A stretch of 64,000 nucleotides of DNA, from sequence record CP060166.1, one strand, 5' to 3'. Shown piece by piece: positions 61,970 through 64,000 of the stretch (its first letter is position 1; every line of letters begins with the position of its first letter). The DNA comes from a plasmid. A model generated the notes under the pieces. The model did not search any database, had not been told where the DNA came from, and was given only the letters and a program-made list of their open reading frames with translations. The translations under genes and the position numbers were made by a program.

Positions 61970-62389
61970 ATGGCGCTGACCAGAAAACAGCGGGAAAGAC
62001 TGCGTATGAAATTCGGCGGCCGCTGTGCTTACTGCGGCTGTGAACTGCCGGAGAAAGGATGGCATGCCGACCACGTTCAGGCAGTGCTCCGCAAATCAGA
62101 GCGGTGCATGAAGGCGGCAGAGAAAGGCATTTTCAGACTGAAATCCACCGGTGACGTTTTCAGGCCGGAGGCCGACTGTCCGGAAAACATCTTCCCGTCC
62201 TGTGCGCCGTGCAATTTGCTGAAAACGACATATTCGCTGGAGATGTTCAGAAAACAGGTCTCCCTGCAGGTTGAGCGGGGGCGCCGGAGCAGCGTTAACT
62301 TCCGGACAGCAGAGCGTTTTGGGCTGATTAGTGTGGTGAATAAACCGGTTGTTTTCTGGTTTGAGCAATACGAGGGGGAGAATAAATGA
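61970..62389 (+). CDS. HNH endonuclease (139 aa) inserted between trbC and traN
   Basis: CAYCGCELPEKGWHADHV...CAPCNLLK forms an HNH/zinc-ribbon motif. The stop overlaps the traN start (ATGA). Confidence 0.8.
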   Translation: MALTRKQRERLRMKFGGRCAYCGCELPEKGWHADHVQAVLRKSERCMKAAEKGIFRLKSTGDVFRPEADCPENIFPSCAPCNLLKTTYSLEMFRKQVSLQVERGRRSSVNFRTAERFGLISVVNKPVVFWFEQYEGENK

Positions 62390-64000
62390 AACGTATGTTA
62401 CCTCTGTTTCTGCTTCTGGCAGCCGGCCAGGCACAGGCTGACAGTAACAGTGATTATCGTGCGGGTTCAGATTTTGCCCATCAGATCAAAGGCCAGGGCA
62501 CCGGCAGTATCCGGAATTTTAATCCGCAGGAGAGTATACCCGGCTATAACGCGAATCCGGATGAAACGAAATATTACGGTGGCGTGACCGCCGGTGGTGA
62601 CAGTGGGCTGAAGAATGACGGCACGACGCAGTGGGCCACAGGCGAAACCGGTAAAACCATTACAGAATCGTTCATGAACAAGCCCAAAGATATTCTGTCA
62701 CCGGATGCGCCGTTTATTGAAAAAGGAAGGGATGTGGTGAACCGTGCCGACAGTATTGTGGGAAATACCGGGCAGCAGTGCAGCGCGCAGGAGATTAACC
62801 GCAGCGAATTCACGAATTATACCTGTGAACGCGACACCACTGTGGAGGAATACTGTACCCGGACGGCCACCATCACCGGCGACTGGAGAGAGACAACAGA
62901 GGTCAGAACCTACACCCTCACCGCCTTTAGTTTCAGCCGTTCCGGTAAGCAGATCGTTTTCAGCGTAACCGTGCCGGAAGCGGGTACGATAAGCAGCGCC
63001 AGCCTGAATGTGATCACACAGAATTATCTGTGGAATTCCCGTGCCGGCTTTATGAATACCATCTTCAACATGACGTGGGGCAGTACCATTACACTGGGTG
63101 GCGCGACGGGAATGATGCTGAGTAAGGGCCAGATTCTGAGCGGGACAAGCTGCAGCGGGAACGGTAGCTGTACCGGGACGCTGGATGACCGCATTTTTAA
63201 CGAACTGACCAGCGGGAGAACGACGTTCACGCTGACACTGGTGATGCAGGTAAAGGACCGGGAGTGGATACCCCGGGTGGAGTGGGTGGAAAGCTGCCCG
63301 TTTAATAAAGCGGATGGCGTGCTGAAAGGCACAGAATGCTCAGAGCCAGGTGGTACGAAAACCGGGGTGATGGAAGGAAAACCCTGGAGCCTGACGGAGG
63401 CCTGCTGGGCATACCGCGATAAATATGTCACCCAGTCTGCGGACAATGGCACCTGCCAGGCGTATGTGGACAATCCGGCCTGTACTCTTGCCACCCGGCA
63501 GTGCGCGTTTTATTCCGGTGAGGGCACCTGCCTGCATGAGTACGCCACGTACTCCTGTGAGTCGAAAACGTCAGGAAAGGTCATGATTTGTGGCGGGGAT
63601 GTGTTCTGCCTCGATGGGGAATGCGATAAGGCGCAGAGCGGAAAGAGCAATGATTTTGGCGAGGCGGTATCGCAACTGGCGGCGCTGGCGGCGGCAGGTA
63701 AAGATGTCGCGGCCCTGAACGGTATTGACGTCCGTGCATTCACCGGACAGGCGAAATTCTGTAAGAAGGCCGCAGCCGGGTACAGCAACTGCTGTAAGGA
63801 CAGTGGCTGGGGGCAGGATATCGGTCTGGCTAAATGCAGTAGTGACGAAAAAGCTCTGGCCAAAGCAAAAACGAACAAACTGACGGTCAGTGTCGGGGAA
63901 TTCTGTTCGAAAAAGGTACTGGGTGTCTGTCTGGAGAAGAAACGCAGCTACTGCCAGTTTGATTCGAAGCTGGCGCAGATAGTCCAGCAGCAGGGGCGCA
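62386..64000 (+). CDS. traN: TraN (mating-pair stabilisation outer-membrane protein), 5' part; continues beyond the window end
   Basis: MKRMLPLFLLLAAGQAQA signal, then a cysteine-rich conserved TraN sequence. There is no stop within the window. Confidence 0.9.
   Translation, partial: MKRMLPLFLLLAAGQAQADSNSDYRAGSDFAHQIKGQGTGSIRNFNPQESIPGYNANPDETKYYGGVTAGGDSGLKNDGTTQWATGETGKTITESFMNKPKDILSPDAPFIEKGRDVVNRADSIVGNTGQQCSAQEINRSEFTNYTCERDTTVEEYCTRTATITGDWRETTEVRTYTLTAFSFSRSGKQIVFSVTVPEAGTISSASLNVITQNYLWNSRAGFMNTIFNMTWGSTITLGGATGMMLSKGQILSGTSCSGNGSCTGTLDDRIFNELTSGRTTFTLTLVMQVKDREWIPRVEWVESCPFNKADGVLKGTECSEPGGTKTGVMEGKPWSLTEACWAYRDKYVTQSADNGTCQAYVDNPACTLATRQCAFYSGEGTCLHEYATYSCESKTSGKVMICGGDVFCLDGECDKAQSGKSNDFGEAVSQLAALAAAGKDVAALNGIDVRAFTGQAKFCKKAAAGYSNCCKDSGWGQDIGLAKCSSDEKALAKAKTNKLTVSVGEFCSKKVLGVCLEKKRSYCQFDSKLAQIVQQQGR

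Overview
This 64-kb window is part of a large conjugative IncF-type plasmid and has two halves. Positions 1-25044 are a mosaic multidrug-resistance island built from IS26 (3 copies), IS1, IS1326, remnants of Tn21, Tn5393 and Tn2/Tn3, an RSF1010-derived segment and a class 1 integron. It carries catA1, a dfrA1-aadA1-qacEdelta1-sul1 integron with 3'-truncated intI1, strA-strB, sul2 and blaTEM-1. At the left edge there is a truncated TniA/TniB-like transposition module with an IS26-truncated resolvase. Positions 25045-64000 are plasmid backbone that matches my memory of the Salmonella virulence plasmid pSLT. It contains a mig-5-like carbonic anhydrase, rsk-like 10-bp repeats, tlpA, a P1-type parAB-parS partition locus and samAB (umuDC homologues) with a LexA box. 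It continues into an F-like leading region (Frpo-like ssDNA-promoter repeats, an orphan DNA methyltransferase, ssb, a ParB-like nuclease-domain protein, psiB-psiA), then oriT and the 5' part of the tra operon from traM to traN, with extra small ORFs and an HNH endonuclease gene between trbC and traN. The overall arrangement resembles pSLT-BT-type resistance-virulence plasmids; I cannot confirm that without a database search. I did not find a confident novel multi-gene system. The best candidates for follow-up are (i) the uncharacterised leading-region ORFs behind Frpo-like repeats, (ii) the 29.1-31.2 kb module of two unknown genes beside an Rpn-family nuclease, (iii) a 162-aa ORF exactly bracketed by inverted 32-bp near-palindromes next to tlpA, and (iv) the HNH nuclease embedded in the tra operon. 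Coordinates of non-ORF features are accurate to about +/-2 bp.
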